A DNA stretch of 64,000 bases, from NCBI GenBank assembly GCA_951406725.2, contig OX597837.1, positions 16,864,001 through 16,928,000 on the forward strand. The letters are read 5' to 3'. Shown here piece by piece: positions 1-12,240 of the stretch. The notes beneath the pieces are model-generated. The model did no database searches. It saw only the letters and a program-made list of their open reading frames with translations, and was not told the origin of the DNA. The position numbers and the translations under genes were made by a program. The stretch is from Octopus vulgaris (lineage: Eukaryota). Each line of letters starts with the position of its first letter. Positions within the stretch are counted from its first letter, which is position 1.

Positions 1-950
1 ATACCCACATAGAAATTAATTAAATATATTATGATTATTAATCTAAAAATCCCAAAACAAATCAAACATTAAATCGACTACGCGCCTTTCATGACTATAT
101 GTATAAATCGATAATATTAATTCAATTTTAAAATGTATAGCCACTCTTCAGGTAAAAAATAATTTTAAATAAATGGAGATATTATAAGTAAACCATAAAT
201 ATATAAATATATGTATCTAAACAGTAAATAATCCAATAAAATTGAACAATATTAATGAAAAGCAAAAACATTACTTATCTTAGTGATGAAAACCAGTTAA
301 ATGAAATTTTAAACTTTACACTAACAATCTAGCGTTGTAAAAATTGAGTATAAAATAGTTGTAGGTTATGTAGTGTACGAACATAACTAGAATAAGATTA
401 AAGCAATGGATTAATAAAATAATTTTAAGAATATATTTTAATTTATGAACATTTAGTTCATTTTATGTATTTTTATGTTTTTTTTACATATAATGTCGTA
501 GTTTTAAATTATTGAGAATTTAGAATTATTTCACCGTAAATGGTATATTACGTCACGTTTATTTTTATTTTTATTGTTAAATATGAGATAATTTTTTTTT
601 ACAACGCTAGACTGTTAGTTTAATGTTTAAAATTTCATTTAACAGGTTTTCATCACTAAAATAAGTTATGGTTTTGCTGTACATTAATATTGTTAAGTTT
701 TATTGGATTATTTACTGTGAAGATACATATATCTATATATTTATGGTTTAATTATAATATCTTCATTTATTTTATATTATTTTTTACCTGAAGAGTGGCT
801 ATAAATTTTTTAATGGAATTAATATTAACTTTTAATATTTTCGATTAATATATTTAGTCATGAAAAGTGCGTAGTCGATTTAATGTTTGTTTCTTTTGTG
901 ATTTTTGGATTAATAATTAAAATATATTTAATTAATTTCTATGGGGGTAT
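1..950. repeat. AT-rich foldback element (imperfect inverted arms ~1-345 and ~595-950), probable Penelope-type inverted pseudo-LTR pair; runs off the left edge
   Basis: atacccacatagaaattaattaaatatatt at 1 is the near reverse complement of aatatatttaattaatttctatgggggtat ending at 950; ccactcttcaggtaaaaa (~141) mirrors tttttacctgaagagtgg (781); (CT)n(TA)n follows. Confidence 0.8.
786..875 (+). ncRNA. Degenerate minimal type I hammerhead ribozyme motif (mirror copy on the minus strand at ~76-153)
   Basis: CTGAAGA (788-794), stem II gtggcta/tagtcat, GAAA (862-865), GTA (871-873). Stem I is only 2 bp and position 15.2 is non-canonical. Confidence 0.45.
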
Positions 951-1004
951 TATAGATAATATGTTTCAGTATTGATTGAATAACTAAATAGCGGTTTGTC
1001 TCCA

Positions 1005-1007
<3 letters not shown>

Positions 1008-1097
<90 letters not shown>

Positions 1098-1185
1098 TAT
1101 ATAATATTATATTATATTATATTATATTATATTATATCATATCATATCATATTATATTATATTATATTATATTATATTATATATA
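1008..1185. repeat. (CT)n, (TA)n and (ATATT)n microsatellites
   Basis: Directly visible. Confidence 0.95.
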
Positions 1186-1222
1186 CATGTATAGTTCACA
1201 TATGAGAATCGGATGTTCTCAG

Positions 1223-3330
1223 TATAGGGGACGATTGGGAGAGTTGAGCCACAACAATTTTCCCTAAATCTATAAATTATAAAAAGTAATTACTTCCACC
1301 TATTTGAAACACTTCTAGAAATATTTCTGCTAATCTAACACATTTAACAGGTGTAGGCAGTTTATTACAGTTATATTTTGAAAAGATCAATTTTTACACC
1401 AAAAAGTAGAAGTTGGGTTTGCAGGTAAGTATGTTCATATTTCTGTAGTAGTATGTAGTTTATCATATACCTATATCGTTTTTCTATCATTGTGATCGTT
1501 AAAAAACGTATAACTAATGTTACAGTTACAATGATGAATGCAGTTAAGGCGGAAGGAAATGGGAAGAGTTGGGACAATTAAGCAGTGTCTCAACTCTCCT
1601 TTTATTAATGCGTGGTGCAAAAACAATTTTAACCTGTTAATTTCATTACTTTCTGTGATAAAAGCAAAAACTCTGGTAGTGTTTGCTTTCGTGTTTAATT
1701 GCCTTAAAGCTAAACTGTAAAGGATTAAATTTTGATTTGCCTGCCTTTATACTGGCCAAAATTTGCCCATGTATTGACTTTTTCAGATGCCTCAGAAATA
1801 TGTTCAAACGACCAATCGTGGGGCTGCAGAGGACGATTTAAGTAGGGCCAGAGATCGTGTTAGGGAAGGATGCAGTATCATTGCTACTACTAAGGATTTC
1901 AATACAGCAAGAATGACACTAAAAAGATATATAGACAAATGCAATCAACAAAATGACGAGTAAAGCGAAGTGTTTGGGTTCAAAAATTGCAGGATAAAAA
2001 ATGACATTTTCATCAGAGATGGAAGCTGAGTTATCGACTCACATAAAGACATTAGTCGAGCAGTTCCAAGAAACTCACACGAAATAAATGCTATGAGTTG
2101 ATAGTGGAATATGCATTAAGAAACAATGTTACGGTACCTGATTCTTGGTAACAAAACGGAATGACTGGTGAGCATTTTTAGATGTCCTTGAAAGAAAGAA
2201 ACCATCTAGCAATTCGAACGCTAGAGGCTACATTTCTTGCAAGAGCAAGTGCGTTCAATCGCTATACTGTTGGCAAGTTTTACGACAACTTAAAGAGTGT
2301 TATGGACCTGCACAAGTTTGAATGCCACAACATTTATAACGCAGATGAAACCGGGTGCACAACTATGCAGCAACCTGAAAATGTGGTTGCTGCACAGGGA
2401 GTGAAACAAGTAGGGTCTATAACTTCCGGCGAGAGAGGACAACTTGTAACAGTTGTGTATGCAGCTATTGCAGCAGGAAGTGTTGTTCCACCACTGCTGA
2501 TCTTCCTATGAAAAAACTATAGAGATTATTTTATCAAAGGTGGGACTGCAAGATGTATCGGAGGAGCCAATTCCAGTGAAGGAATTAATGAAGATCTGTT
2601 TGCGACTTATTTAAAACACTTTATAACCTACACCAGGTGCAGCAAAGAGAAGAAAGTGTTGTTAATTTCGGAATTCACAAAACTCATGTATTTCTTGTAG
2701 CTATTGACATGGCCGAGAAAAATGGGGTGATATCATTAACAATACCTCACACAAGCCACAAGTTCCAACCGTTGGATGTGAGCAGCTATAAGTTATTCAA
2801 GATGGCATATAGTCGACTGGTTGATAACTGGATGCGTTCCCACCCCGGAAAGTCGATTACAATTTATGACATTACTGAGTTTCACATGCTCAGATGCATT
2901 GGTCTTACTGCTCAAAACATTATCTCTGGGTTTCAATGAACGAGAATTTATCCCTTTAATCAAGATGTGTTCTGCAGTAGTAACAGATCGAGATCTTCCA
3001 GCATCATTTCATGAAAACATAGCGGATGTTCTCCAATCAAGTCTTCAAGAAACACCAGTTTCTTATTCAATGACAGAGTCACCCAACATTTCATTGAAAC
3101 AATCAACTTCCACCGAAACTGCTACTCCGAATATCGAACGAAGTGGAGTTCTCAACGCTTCAAAATAAAGCACAAATCATTTATATGTAGTTATGTGTTT
3201 CATCTTAGCGTACAATCAATTATAATATCACTTATCCCAAGTCCTCCCGTGTCCAACTCTTCCCTATACATGTCCCGACTTTCCCCACCCCCTGGGAGGG
3301 TTGGGTCAAGCCACAACCTTTTAAAAAGCA
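1223..3330 (+). mobile_element. pogo/Tigger-type (CENP-B/DDE_1) DNA transposon, degenerate
   Basis: Terminal-like tataggggacgattgggagagttgagccac at ~1223, with related subterminal motifs at 1561 and inverted at 3230-3310, around a transposase pseudogene. Confidence 0.75.
1787..3168 (+). pseudogene. pogo-like DDE_1 transposase pseudogene (stops and frameshifts)
   Basis: MPQKYVQTT HTH-like N-terminus from 1787; YNADETG and SGERGQLVTVV in ORF 2182-2511; PHTSHKFQPLDV in ORF 2637-2939. Confidence 0.9.
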
Positions 3331-3391
3331 TGCTTTTGTTTCGGTTTACACCCATTTGAAACTATATACCTGCGTTACAAGTCTATGAATG

Positions 3392-5185
3392 TGTAGAGCG
3401 ACCGTACGTAAAGGAGATGGTGACGAAATGTCTCCTTTTAAACGCCGTACTGTTGCCTACAAAAGAAGCCAAAATACACGGAATAAAAAAATACCAGTGC
3501 CAAGAAAGAATAAGGAGAAAACACAACCGTATAAGGTAAGAGAGAAAAGACTTTATTTAGAAATGTATTCGTGAAGAGCAGAGTGTTTGTCTATGATGGT
3601 AAAGGTGTTGGTGTCGTCGCTGGCTGTGCTCTGTGGTCAGTGGTGAGAACCAAACACCGTCTGTCGCTCTCAGCAGCAGGAAGCAAAAAAAAAAAAGATT
3701 AGCAGTAAAAGCTAGCTGCTGCTGATTACTGCACATGAGCATAAGGGACTTCCGGCAGGCCTTCCGGAAGACACTAATCCTTGCACATGCGCAGATGAAC
3801 ATCCCAAAATGGCGTACGACGTTATTTGTACTGCATATCTCAGAGAGAGCGGATGCATTCCACCAACGCTACAGAGCCCCGCTTCAGACGTTTTGTTGAA
3901 GACAAAACGACGATAATAAAAAAATGGACATAACTGTAGCGAAAGGTAAAATTAGAACGGTTAATCAATTAAACTGGCACTGGCTCACCATTTTGTAGAC
4001 ATTCGAATGAACGTAAGACTGGCTGAGTCTAATATCGGCTGCATGTTAGAAAACGAGGGGTTATGACTTGTAGAGCGACCGTACCTAAAGGAGATGGTGA
4101 CGAAATGTCTCCTTTTAAACGCCGTACGGTTGCCTACAAAAGAAACCAAAATACATGGAATAAAAGAATACCAGTGCAAGAAAGAATAAGGAGAAAAACA
4201 CAACCGTATAATGTATAAGAGAAAAGACTTTATTTAGAGATGTGTTCGTGAGGAGCAGAGTGTCTGTCTATGAGTGCGACAACAGTGTGTGTCTGTGTGT
4301 GCGTCACAAGTGTGTGTATGTGTGCTAGCAGAGTGTGTCCGTGTGAGCGATATAAGTGTGTACATAATAAGACAGGCCGTCAAACTTACAATGTGTGCGT
4401 ACAAAATAAGGTGTAGGTGTGTGAGATAATACAGAGCATAGAAAGAGTCTATAACAGGACACTGGATGAATGTTCAGACAAGATGTTGATAAATACCAGT
4501 TCGGCGTAAGACATACCATAGTTAGTTCTGCAACAGAGAGGTTCGTGACAAAGTGGAGAGCCGGTTGAAACTCATGTCGAGTAAGCGGTTGAGGCTTCAA
4601 TCCTATGCTGTGTTACTTTGGTACAGAATGTTCTCGTAGGTAGACTGGAGCTGTTAACCTTGGTGAATATTCACAACAGCGTGAAGTTAAACCTGGAACG
4701 ATGTTAATGTTGGTGTGTACTTATTGGTGTTGGTGGAGACGACGTGAAGTTGAAGGGCGATGATAAGCTTAAGGCGACAATGGAGAAAAGTCCTGTGATG
4801 TTGCATGTTGGTGTTGGTATACGTAGACATGTTGGTGAAGTCGATAAGCTTAAGGCGACGGTGATGGTAAAGGTGTTGGTGTCGTCGCTAGCTGTCGCAG
4901 GAACATGGCTGTCTCTCTCGAACTGGCTGGTCTGTCGCTGGATGCTCCGTGGTCCATGGCCGAGGACTAAAGACCGTATGTCGCTCTCGGCAGCAGGAAT
5001 AGCGGCAAAGGCTAGCTGCTGCTGATTCCTGCGCATGCGCATAAGGGACTTCCGGCAGGCCTACCGGAAGACACTAATCCTTGCACATGCGCAGATGAAC
5101 ATCCCAAAATGGCGTACGACATTATTTGTACTGCATATCTCAGAGAGAGAGAGAGAGAGAGCGGATGCATTCCACCGATGCTACA
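3392..5185 (-). mobile_element. Non-autonomous two-LTR element (TRIM-like): LTRs 3392-3873 and 4069-5185, 195-bp internal region, TSD aatg
   Basis: Both LTRs start tgtagagcgaccgtac and end gctaca; aatg flanks both outer ends (3388-3391, 5186-5189). Orientation is inferred from minus-strand AATAAA and a PPT-like gaagcgggg. Confidence 0.85.
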
Positions 5186-5278
5186 AATGTTACAAGTTGG
5201 TAAAGAATCCTTTCTTATGCACAGAGAGTCTGTATCATATTGAAATGTAAAAAATGACCCAGCTCTCCCAAGCTTCCC

Positions 5279-5521
5279 TAAATGTAAGGATAAACAAGTT
5301 AGGCAAGTCGATATACAAAGAAGATTAAATACATTTAATACAAAATATGCACATATGTTTACATAGAAAAAGGCCCGACTTACACAGAATAGACATGATA
5401 TCAAGAATTAGTCTACTCTGTGTAAGTCAGACATTTTCTATGTAAGCATACATATTTTGTATTAAGTGTATTTAATACTCTTTGTATATCGACTTGTCTA
5501 ACTTGCTTATCCTTACATTTA
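5279..5521. repeat. Imperfect inverted repeat, ~110-bp arms
   Basis: taaatgtaaggataaacaagttaggcaagtcgatatacaaag mirrors ctttgtatatcgacttgtctaacttgcttatccttacattta. Confidence 0.85.
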
Positions 5522-5888
5522 TTCCTATACACACATACGCGCACGCACGCACGCTCACACACACACACACACACACAAACACAAACACACAAACACACAC
5601 ACACGCGCATGCACACATAACCTGGAACCCTTATAAAAGGTACACGAACACACACACACACACACACAAATGATGCACAGAGAAATATGTCATAGAAACA
5701 ATTATGTCTGAATAAAATATGACGGGTTGGTCATGGCTAGAATGCTTTGATCATAACTCTGCATGGTAAGAGGTGAACTGGGGTCTAAACAGCAGTAACT
5801 AAAGCTTTATACGTCTTGCAGCAAACATTTTCCCTTTTTCTTGTTTTCTTCTTTTGTCGATTGCTCTTGATAATACCCCAAGGACACA

Positions 5889-6405
5889 TCTATATATATA
5901 AAACTGTAGTTGTGTGAGTGTCTGTCCCCTTCGATTTAGATTCCTAACTCCTCCCACATTTTGCGGTGCAGTTTAACCAAATTCGGGTATCTTATAGTCG
6001 TGATTAATATCGAGCCCGTCTGGCTATTAGCGCGCGTCTACGATGAGTCTACGATTTTAAAAATAATTTAACATCATTTTTTATTCCATTTTAATGCATA
6101 ATTTTTCGTGTGTCGATGGCGGCGGAGTTGGCGTCCACGCTCAAACACCTGCACCTGTGTTTGCTTCTCCCCCTTCTTCCCTCCCTCGTGAAGCTGTGGG
6201 GAAGGGAGTTTAAGGAAATCAACGTTGTAATGCGTTGTCAAGGAGACCAGCGTTCTTTTAGAACAACGACTTCATGGCTTGAAGACACCAAAACAGAAAT
6301 GGCTAAGAAAGCCCGAATTGGCATCTATAAGGGAAGTAACTCTCTAAAAATGCTTATATAGTTATTTCCCTTACAAACCCGAGCAACGCCGGGCGATACT
6401 GCTAG
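5889..6405 (+). mobile_element. Non-autonomous Helitron
   Basis: A|TCTATATATATAAAA 5' end; 3' hairpin cccgagcaacgccggg then CTAG|T; inserted between A and T with no TSD. Confidence 0.85.
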
Positions 6406-6414
6406 TGTATTATA

Positions 6415-7140
6415 ATTAGTAGTGGAGGGAGTGGTGGTGGTAGTGGTCGCGGTAGGTGGTGGTGATGGCGGGAGTAGTGCTGGTGGTGATGATAGTAGTG
6501 ATGGTTTGTGGTTGTGGTAGTGGTGGTGGTGTGATGGTGGTAGTGTTCAATATGGTCATGATGATAGTGATGGTGGTGGTGTTGGTGTTGGTGGTGGTGG
6601 TGGTGGAGTGATTATGTGGATAAGGTGACGCGGGAGGAAGAAGAGGAGATGGCGGAGGAAGAGGGGCGGTGAGGAGGAGGAGGTGGAAGAGGAGGAGGTG
6701 AGAGGCTTGCAAACACAGAACGTTAAGCTATATCCATGTAAAAATTTTCTTTCACCTGAACAACAATTGGTAAAGGGATGAAGATATGAAAACAAAAGCA
6801 AATGAATGCAGCATTATAATAGTGCATCTATCACCACCATCTTTACCATTACCACCACCACCAAGATCACCACCATCATCATCACCAACACCACTACCAC
6901 CTTCACTACAATCACCATCACTACCAACGCCACTAGTGCCACCGCCACCACCACCACCATCACTACCACTAGCAACCACCATCAGCAAGCATTACTACCA
7001 CCACAATCACAATCATAACCATCATCATTACCGCCACCAACACATCCACCACCATCACCATAAGATCCATAATTACAAACATCATCACCGATTATTATCA
7101 TTACCACCGACACTGTCATCATTGTCGTCATCTTAGCTAT
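6415..7140. repeat. Low-complexity (GGT/GTG)n and (CCA/CAT)n tracts
   Basis: Directly visible; source of the poly-T/P/H ORFs. Confidence 0.9.
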
Positions 7141-7369
7141 CATGATCAGAATCATCGAGATTATGAAGGTCATCAACATTAACGGCAGTTCTAGCAACGA
7201 TAAAAACAACAATAGCAGTCGCAACAACAATGGCAACAGCAATAGGCCAATTAATGAGCGGCACCACTTCAAGTCGATGAGATTTATGTTAGAGGAGCAG
7301 CTTAATGACCGTCATTGTACTACTCTGCATCATGACCGACAGCAAACACAATGGAGTACTAGTTCAGAT

Positions 7370-8555
7370 TACTGAGAACCAGACAACGAGATGTCGATGA
7401 GCGAACTCGTCGCTCAAGCCCGTGTGTCGACGTCAAAACACCGTGCGGAATGCAGTGACAATGGCAGCTATGGAAGCTCACGGCGTCATGCGACGATCGA
7501 CGAAGAGTGAGGAGAGAAAAGTCACAGTGGAGCGGCCGCGACTGTTTATGGACCGGTATTTTAAGTGTTAGGGACCGTACATGGCAAGGGACTGCAAGGA
7601 GTCGAAGCTCAGACCCATTTTGCTACCGGTGCAAGCAGACAGAACATATAGCTAGAAACTACAGCCAGGGAAAAAAACCACGGTTGAAGTTGCTACCTCT
7701 CAAACTTCCCTCGTGAGCAAGTAGAGGCTCTCGTACAGTTGCTGCCTATAGTTGAAATCTTGATTGGAGGAAAGGCGTTCAAAGCCCTCGTGGATACAGG
7801 TTGTACAACGTCTCATGTGACCCCAAAGGTGATTAAAAAGTGGAAAGAGACGAGTAGTGTTAGGGCGGTCGACAGCAGCCAAATTAGAAATAAGGGTAGC
7901 AGTGAAGTGGAGATGGTGGTACGGGGCACAACACTAAGGCTGCGAGTAATTTTCATCGACCATGTGGAGATCAACCGCCTAGGAGGTGTCATTGTTAGTG
8001 AAGACATGGTTTCATTTGGTGGTGCAGGAGCATCATGCGCTGTGCGTCTGCAACAAGAGAGTGGGAAGAGCCTCGGGTAGAATTGTTCTGCTTATACCAT
8101 TGATGATAAAGATTTTCAGGTGGTGTTCGACGGTCAGTGGTGGAAGGTTGAGTGGCGCTGAAAAGGAGAGCCCGGCCCCCGACGCTGAGGAACAAGTAAA
8201 GCTGTTATCAGCATAACTTGAAAGGAGCGAGTTTGGAGGAGAGGTGGAGATGGATCAAGGAGGGTATTCTAATTCCGTGGAAGGAGAAAGTGAAGAGCAG
8301 TGTGCTACCGCTAACGGCAGTGGTGCAGCCAGCGAAAGGTAAGGTCTGACGGGGTGGCTTCGAAGAGACGAGCGGACGGAGCAAGCTGGGAAGATAGAGT
8401 GAGGGAGAAGATGGTGGAGATGACGCAAGAGATCCTAGAGAGGGTAAGAGTAGAAGACCCAGTAAGAAGAAGCTGGCATGTGCCCAAAGTGGAGAACGGG
8501 ACGATATTGTGCGTTCGCGGTTTACTATGAGCAGAATCGTATGATGAAAACCTTT
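7370..8555 (+). pseudogene. Gypsy-type LTR retrotransposon gag-protease-RT fragment
   Basis: Degenerate zinc knuckle CYRCKQTEHIARNY; aspartic protease motif ALVDTGCTTS (ORF 7739-8080); RT N-terminus-like WIKEGILIPW...VLPLTAVVQPAKGKV near 8250-8345. Confidence 0.85.
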
Positions 8556-8557
8556 TG

Positions 8558-9387
8558 AAAAATATTCTTTTCTACTCCAGGCACAAGACTCGAAATCTGG
8601 GGGAGGAGCCCAGTCGATTAGATCGACCCCAGTACACAACTGGTACTTAATTTATCGACCACAAAAGAATGAAAGGCAAAGTCGACCTCGGCGGAATTTG
8701 AACTCAGAACATAAAGACATACGACATACGACAGACGAAATGCCTATTTCTTTACTACCCACAAGGGGCTAAACACAGAGAGGACAAACAAGGATAGATA
8801 AACGGATTAAGTCGATTATATCGACCCCAGTGCATAACTGGTACTTATTTAATCGACCCTGAAAAGATGAAAGGCAAAGTCGATCTCGGCGGAATTTGAA
8901 CTTAGAACATAGCGGCAGACGAAATACCGCTAAGCATTTCGCCCGGCGTGCTAACGTTTCTGCCAGCTCGCCGCCTATAGTGAAAAAATATTATCTACTT
9001 TAGGCACAAGGCCCGAAAGTTTTGGGGGCGGTGGCCAGTCGATTAGATCTACCCCAGTGCGTAACTGGTACTTATTTAATCGACCACGAAAGGATGAAAG
9101 GCAAAGTCGACCTCGGCGGAATTTGAACTCAGAACGTAAAGACAGACGAAATGCCTATTTCTTTACTACCCACAAGGGGCGAGACACAGAGAGGACAAAC
9201 AAGGACAGACAAAAGGATTAAGTCGATTATGTCGACCCCAGTGCGTAACTGGGTGTTTAATTTATCGACCTCGAAAGGATGAAAGGCAAAGTCGACCTCG
9301 GCGGAATTTGAACTCAGAACGTAGCGGCAGACGAAATACTGCTAAGCATTTCACCTGGCGTACTAACGTTTCTGCCAGCTCGCCGCC
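8558..9387 (-). mobile_element. Tandem multimers of tRNA-derived SINE family 1
   Basis: Minus strand ggcggcgagctggcagaaacgttag (A-box-like), gagttcaaattcc (B-box), and gcctttcatcctttcg...gtcgat central domain; four B-box modules in two dimeric units. Confidence 0.85.
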
Positions 9388-9942
9388 AATTGCGAAAAAA
9401 ATATTAACTACAATTGGTTGTGTGGCTTTAAGTGACGAAAAAAGATGATCATTTTAAGAAATCAAAATATTTTGGTCTTTTTAAGCGAAAAATATTATTT
9501 GGACTCAAATGAAAGAGTTCATTGAGATGAATATTTTGGAGAAAACTCCATCTAAAATATTAAGCATTAAGAAATTATGATTCTTGCGATTTCAAATTAA
9601 TTTTATCATTCTGTTTATGCACTAAAATATGTATATATTAAAATAATTTTGAAATGAAAATTCCATTAAAATAATTAATTAGTAATCATATGATTAGAAT
9701 ATAACATTATTTTATAATAAAATTTGTTTGACAAATATTTGTAACTGATATGCCGTTATTCATCTTTCGTTATTTTTATGGCAAACAAAATTTCTAAGTT
9801 TGAACAAAATCTGTATTTAGAAATATTTACAATAGTATCATTTTTTTCAATTATAAAGGTAAATATGATTAATTAATAATAGAAGCATAAAAGAAATGAA
9901 TTTGCATGAGGGATAAAGTGGTTAAAACGAATATTCAGTAAG

Positions 9943-10610
9943 TACATTAAAAAAAGTGTCCGACTTTATTTTTACCGCCAAAACTAATACCGTATGGGTA
10001 AAATCCTTTGGTGGGAAATGACGCCATCCTTTCTGCACATGCAGGAAATTCTCGGGTATAGACTGCGTCATTTCCCGGCGTAAGCCTAGAGTACAGACGT
10101 CTAGTGCACGCTCGTCGGGTTTTCGTTTTCACGCAAGTTGATTGAACGCGACAAGCTTGGTGATATTCATGTTCAAACCATCCAGAAGACTCAGCAGGCC
10201 TTTGGTGATGATGCCATGGGCAAAACTCAGATGAAGGAGTGGTACAACTGCTTCAAAATGGCCGCGTCGTCTACAAGCCGAAACGAGGAGCCGGCTAAGG
10301 TTCGGTGAATAGTCATGGAAGATCGTCTTGTAACAATCTAGGAAATTGCTCACAAAGTGGGAATAAGCACGGGGTCAGTGCATTCCATTTTAATGGAGGA
10401 TTTGTGCAATGAGATTCGTGATGTTGTGCGTCGAAAGCGGCTGGATATGTGGGCGGGGAAGAATTGGCAATTTCACCATGATAATGCGCCCGCTCATTCC
10501 GCCCGCATAATCCAAGCTTCCCTGGACAAGAACAACACCTCACTTGTTCGACAGACTCTCTACTCACCCGACTTTGTAGCGTGTAACATCTGGCTCTTTC
10601 CCAAACTTAC
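9943..10610 (+). pseudogene. mariner-type transposon remnant with internal deletions
   Basis: FGDDAMGKTQMKEWYNCFK HTH region; WQFHHDNAPAHSA and YSPDFVACNIWLFPKL in ORF 10357-10680. Confidence 0.85.
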
Positions 10611-11248
10611 TGGTGCTACTATTCCAGGTCCACTCCTACCTGGAATAGTTGCATCTGTGAGAGAACCAGCTATGAGTTAACTAGCAAATGTGATGGCAAT
10701 CCATCTGAGTGTGGGACACAAAAATACCTTTGGTTGGTGCCAGAGCATGCAGTAAAATAACTGGGAGTGAGGGATCCTTAGCTGTTGTTACAACATACTT
10801 CTAGGAATGGGACACTGATTTAAAACTAGCTTTTTACTGTCATTTCGCTTCAGCCTGTCACTAGGCACTAATCACGGAGATTCAGAGATTGGCACATATG
10901 TTATACAAGCATTTATCAAGAAAATCCAACGATGTACAATTGCTTTTTCATGGTGACCTCATATGTCATTCCATTTTTTGAAAGTCTTGTAGAATTGGAA
11001 GAGTGACGACGTGTGCAAATCTAACCAGTTGGAAGTGCACAGTAATTTACAACTTTTGTATCACTAATGCTTCAAACCATTAAGATCTGTAACGATTAGT
11101 CACCTGAGAGGTCATGAGCAGAAAGTCAGAACTGCTATTAACAATGGGGTAGCATAAGGAGACGGCTGTCATCTGTAAAGCTGGAGAAATCACCTTACAC
11201 GCACATACGCACACGCACGTACACACACACACACGCACGCACGCACGC

Positions 11249-11300
<52 letters not shown>

Positions 11301-12064
11301 TTTTATTTGAAAGGAAATATTTTTCCTTATCTCATCGTGATAAGATCTTTTGTTGACAGTTTACTTTATGAATACCTTCTGTCTCTCCCGGGTATTTACT
11401 CATGGCATGTAACCGAGGCTAACCTATCTGTTATTGTTAATTTTTGTTATTGTTCTCATTCTAAAAACCGAATAACCTTGATATGTTTCATTTACATTAC
11501 TAGTTTTCGAGATCAAATTCTGTTAGTGATAACGTTTTTTCTTATGCTTCCGAACATGGTATGGTGTAATTTGAATGAAATTTGGCTACTAATTTTGGCA
11601 TGATGATGAATAAGTAAAAACGTACTCCACGCATGATGTACAATATATGGTTTATTTAACCGTAACTTCATTCTCGTGACTCAATTTTCACATCATACTA
11701 ATCACTGTGACGTGAAATTTTATACGAGTGGGAACATAAAGGCTCCCTCCTTGATTCGTTGTTGTGCTATTTAGACCTGGACCAGCCTCAGTTGAGTAGA
11801 ACTGTGATCGAATTTTTCTGCTCTGGCCATCCTATCATATTATATTCTAGGAATTGCATTATCCAATGTGGCCTCTCCGACGATTTTTTTTTCTAGAACA
11901 GTATAATGAGTTTAGGGAGATTTGTTAGCCTCTGCGTGATCGATCGTTGGCCGTTTGCTATGATGAGCAAAGTGTTGGTATTAGTAGTAAAAGGGATTGG
12001 GGGTGGGGAGTTGAGACTGTGTTTGAATTAATGTCTTCAATAGAGAGCTTTTGTTGGGTTTTAG

Positions 12065-12240
12065 CTGAACAGGTCGACCCCATTACTTTTCAGTTTTCAT
12101 TTCCATCTACCAAATATACTGAGAAGGCATTGGTAGGACCGGGACTATAGTAGAAGACATTTGCTCAAGGTGCTTCAGTAGGACTGAACCTGAAACACGT
12201 GGTTGCAAAGCGAGTTTTTTAACCACTCAAACTGCACCTA
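12065..12240 (-). mobile_element. Degenerate SINE family 2 fragment
   Basis: Reverse-complement similarity to 24079-24230 (ttccatctaccaaat...ctatagtagaagacatttgctcaagg...ggactgaacc). Confidence 0.7.

Noticed and set aside
996-1205. ORFs with poly-YI, VC, HT, N, I, L, S or F runs, here and throughout the window
   Set aside because: They are translations of (TA)n, (CA)n, (TATG)n, (ATT)n and (GAA)n microsatellites with no coding signal.
6416-7272. Pro/Thr/His/Gly-rich ORFs resembling mucin or extensin, and an apparent G-rich/C-rich inverted pair
   Set aside because: Degenerate trinucleotide repeats are open in several frames on both strands; the complementarity is only compositional.
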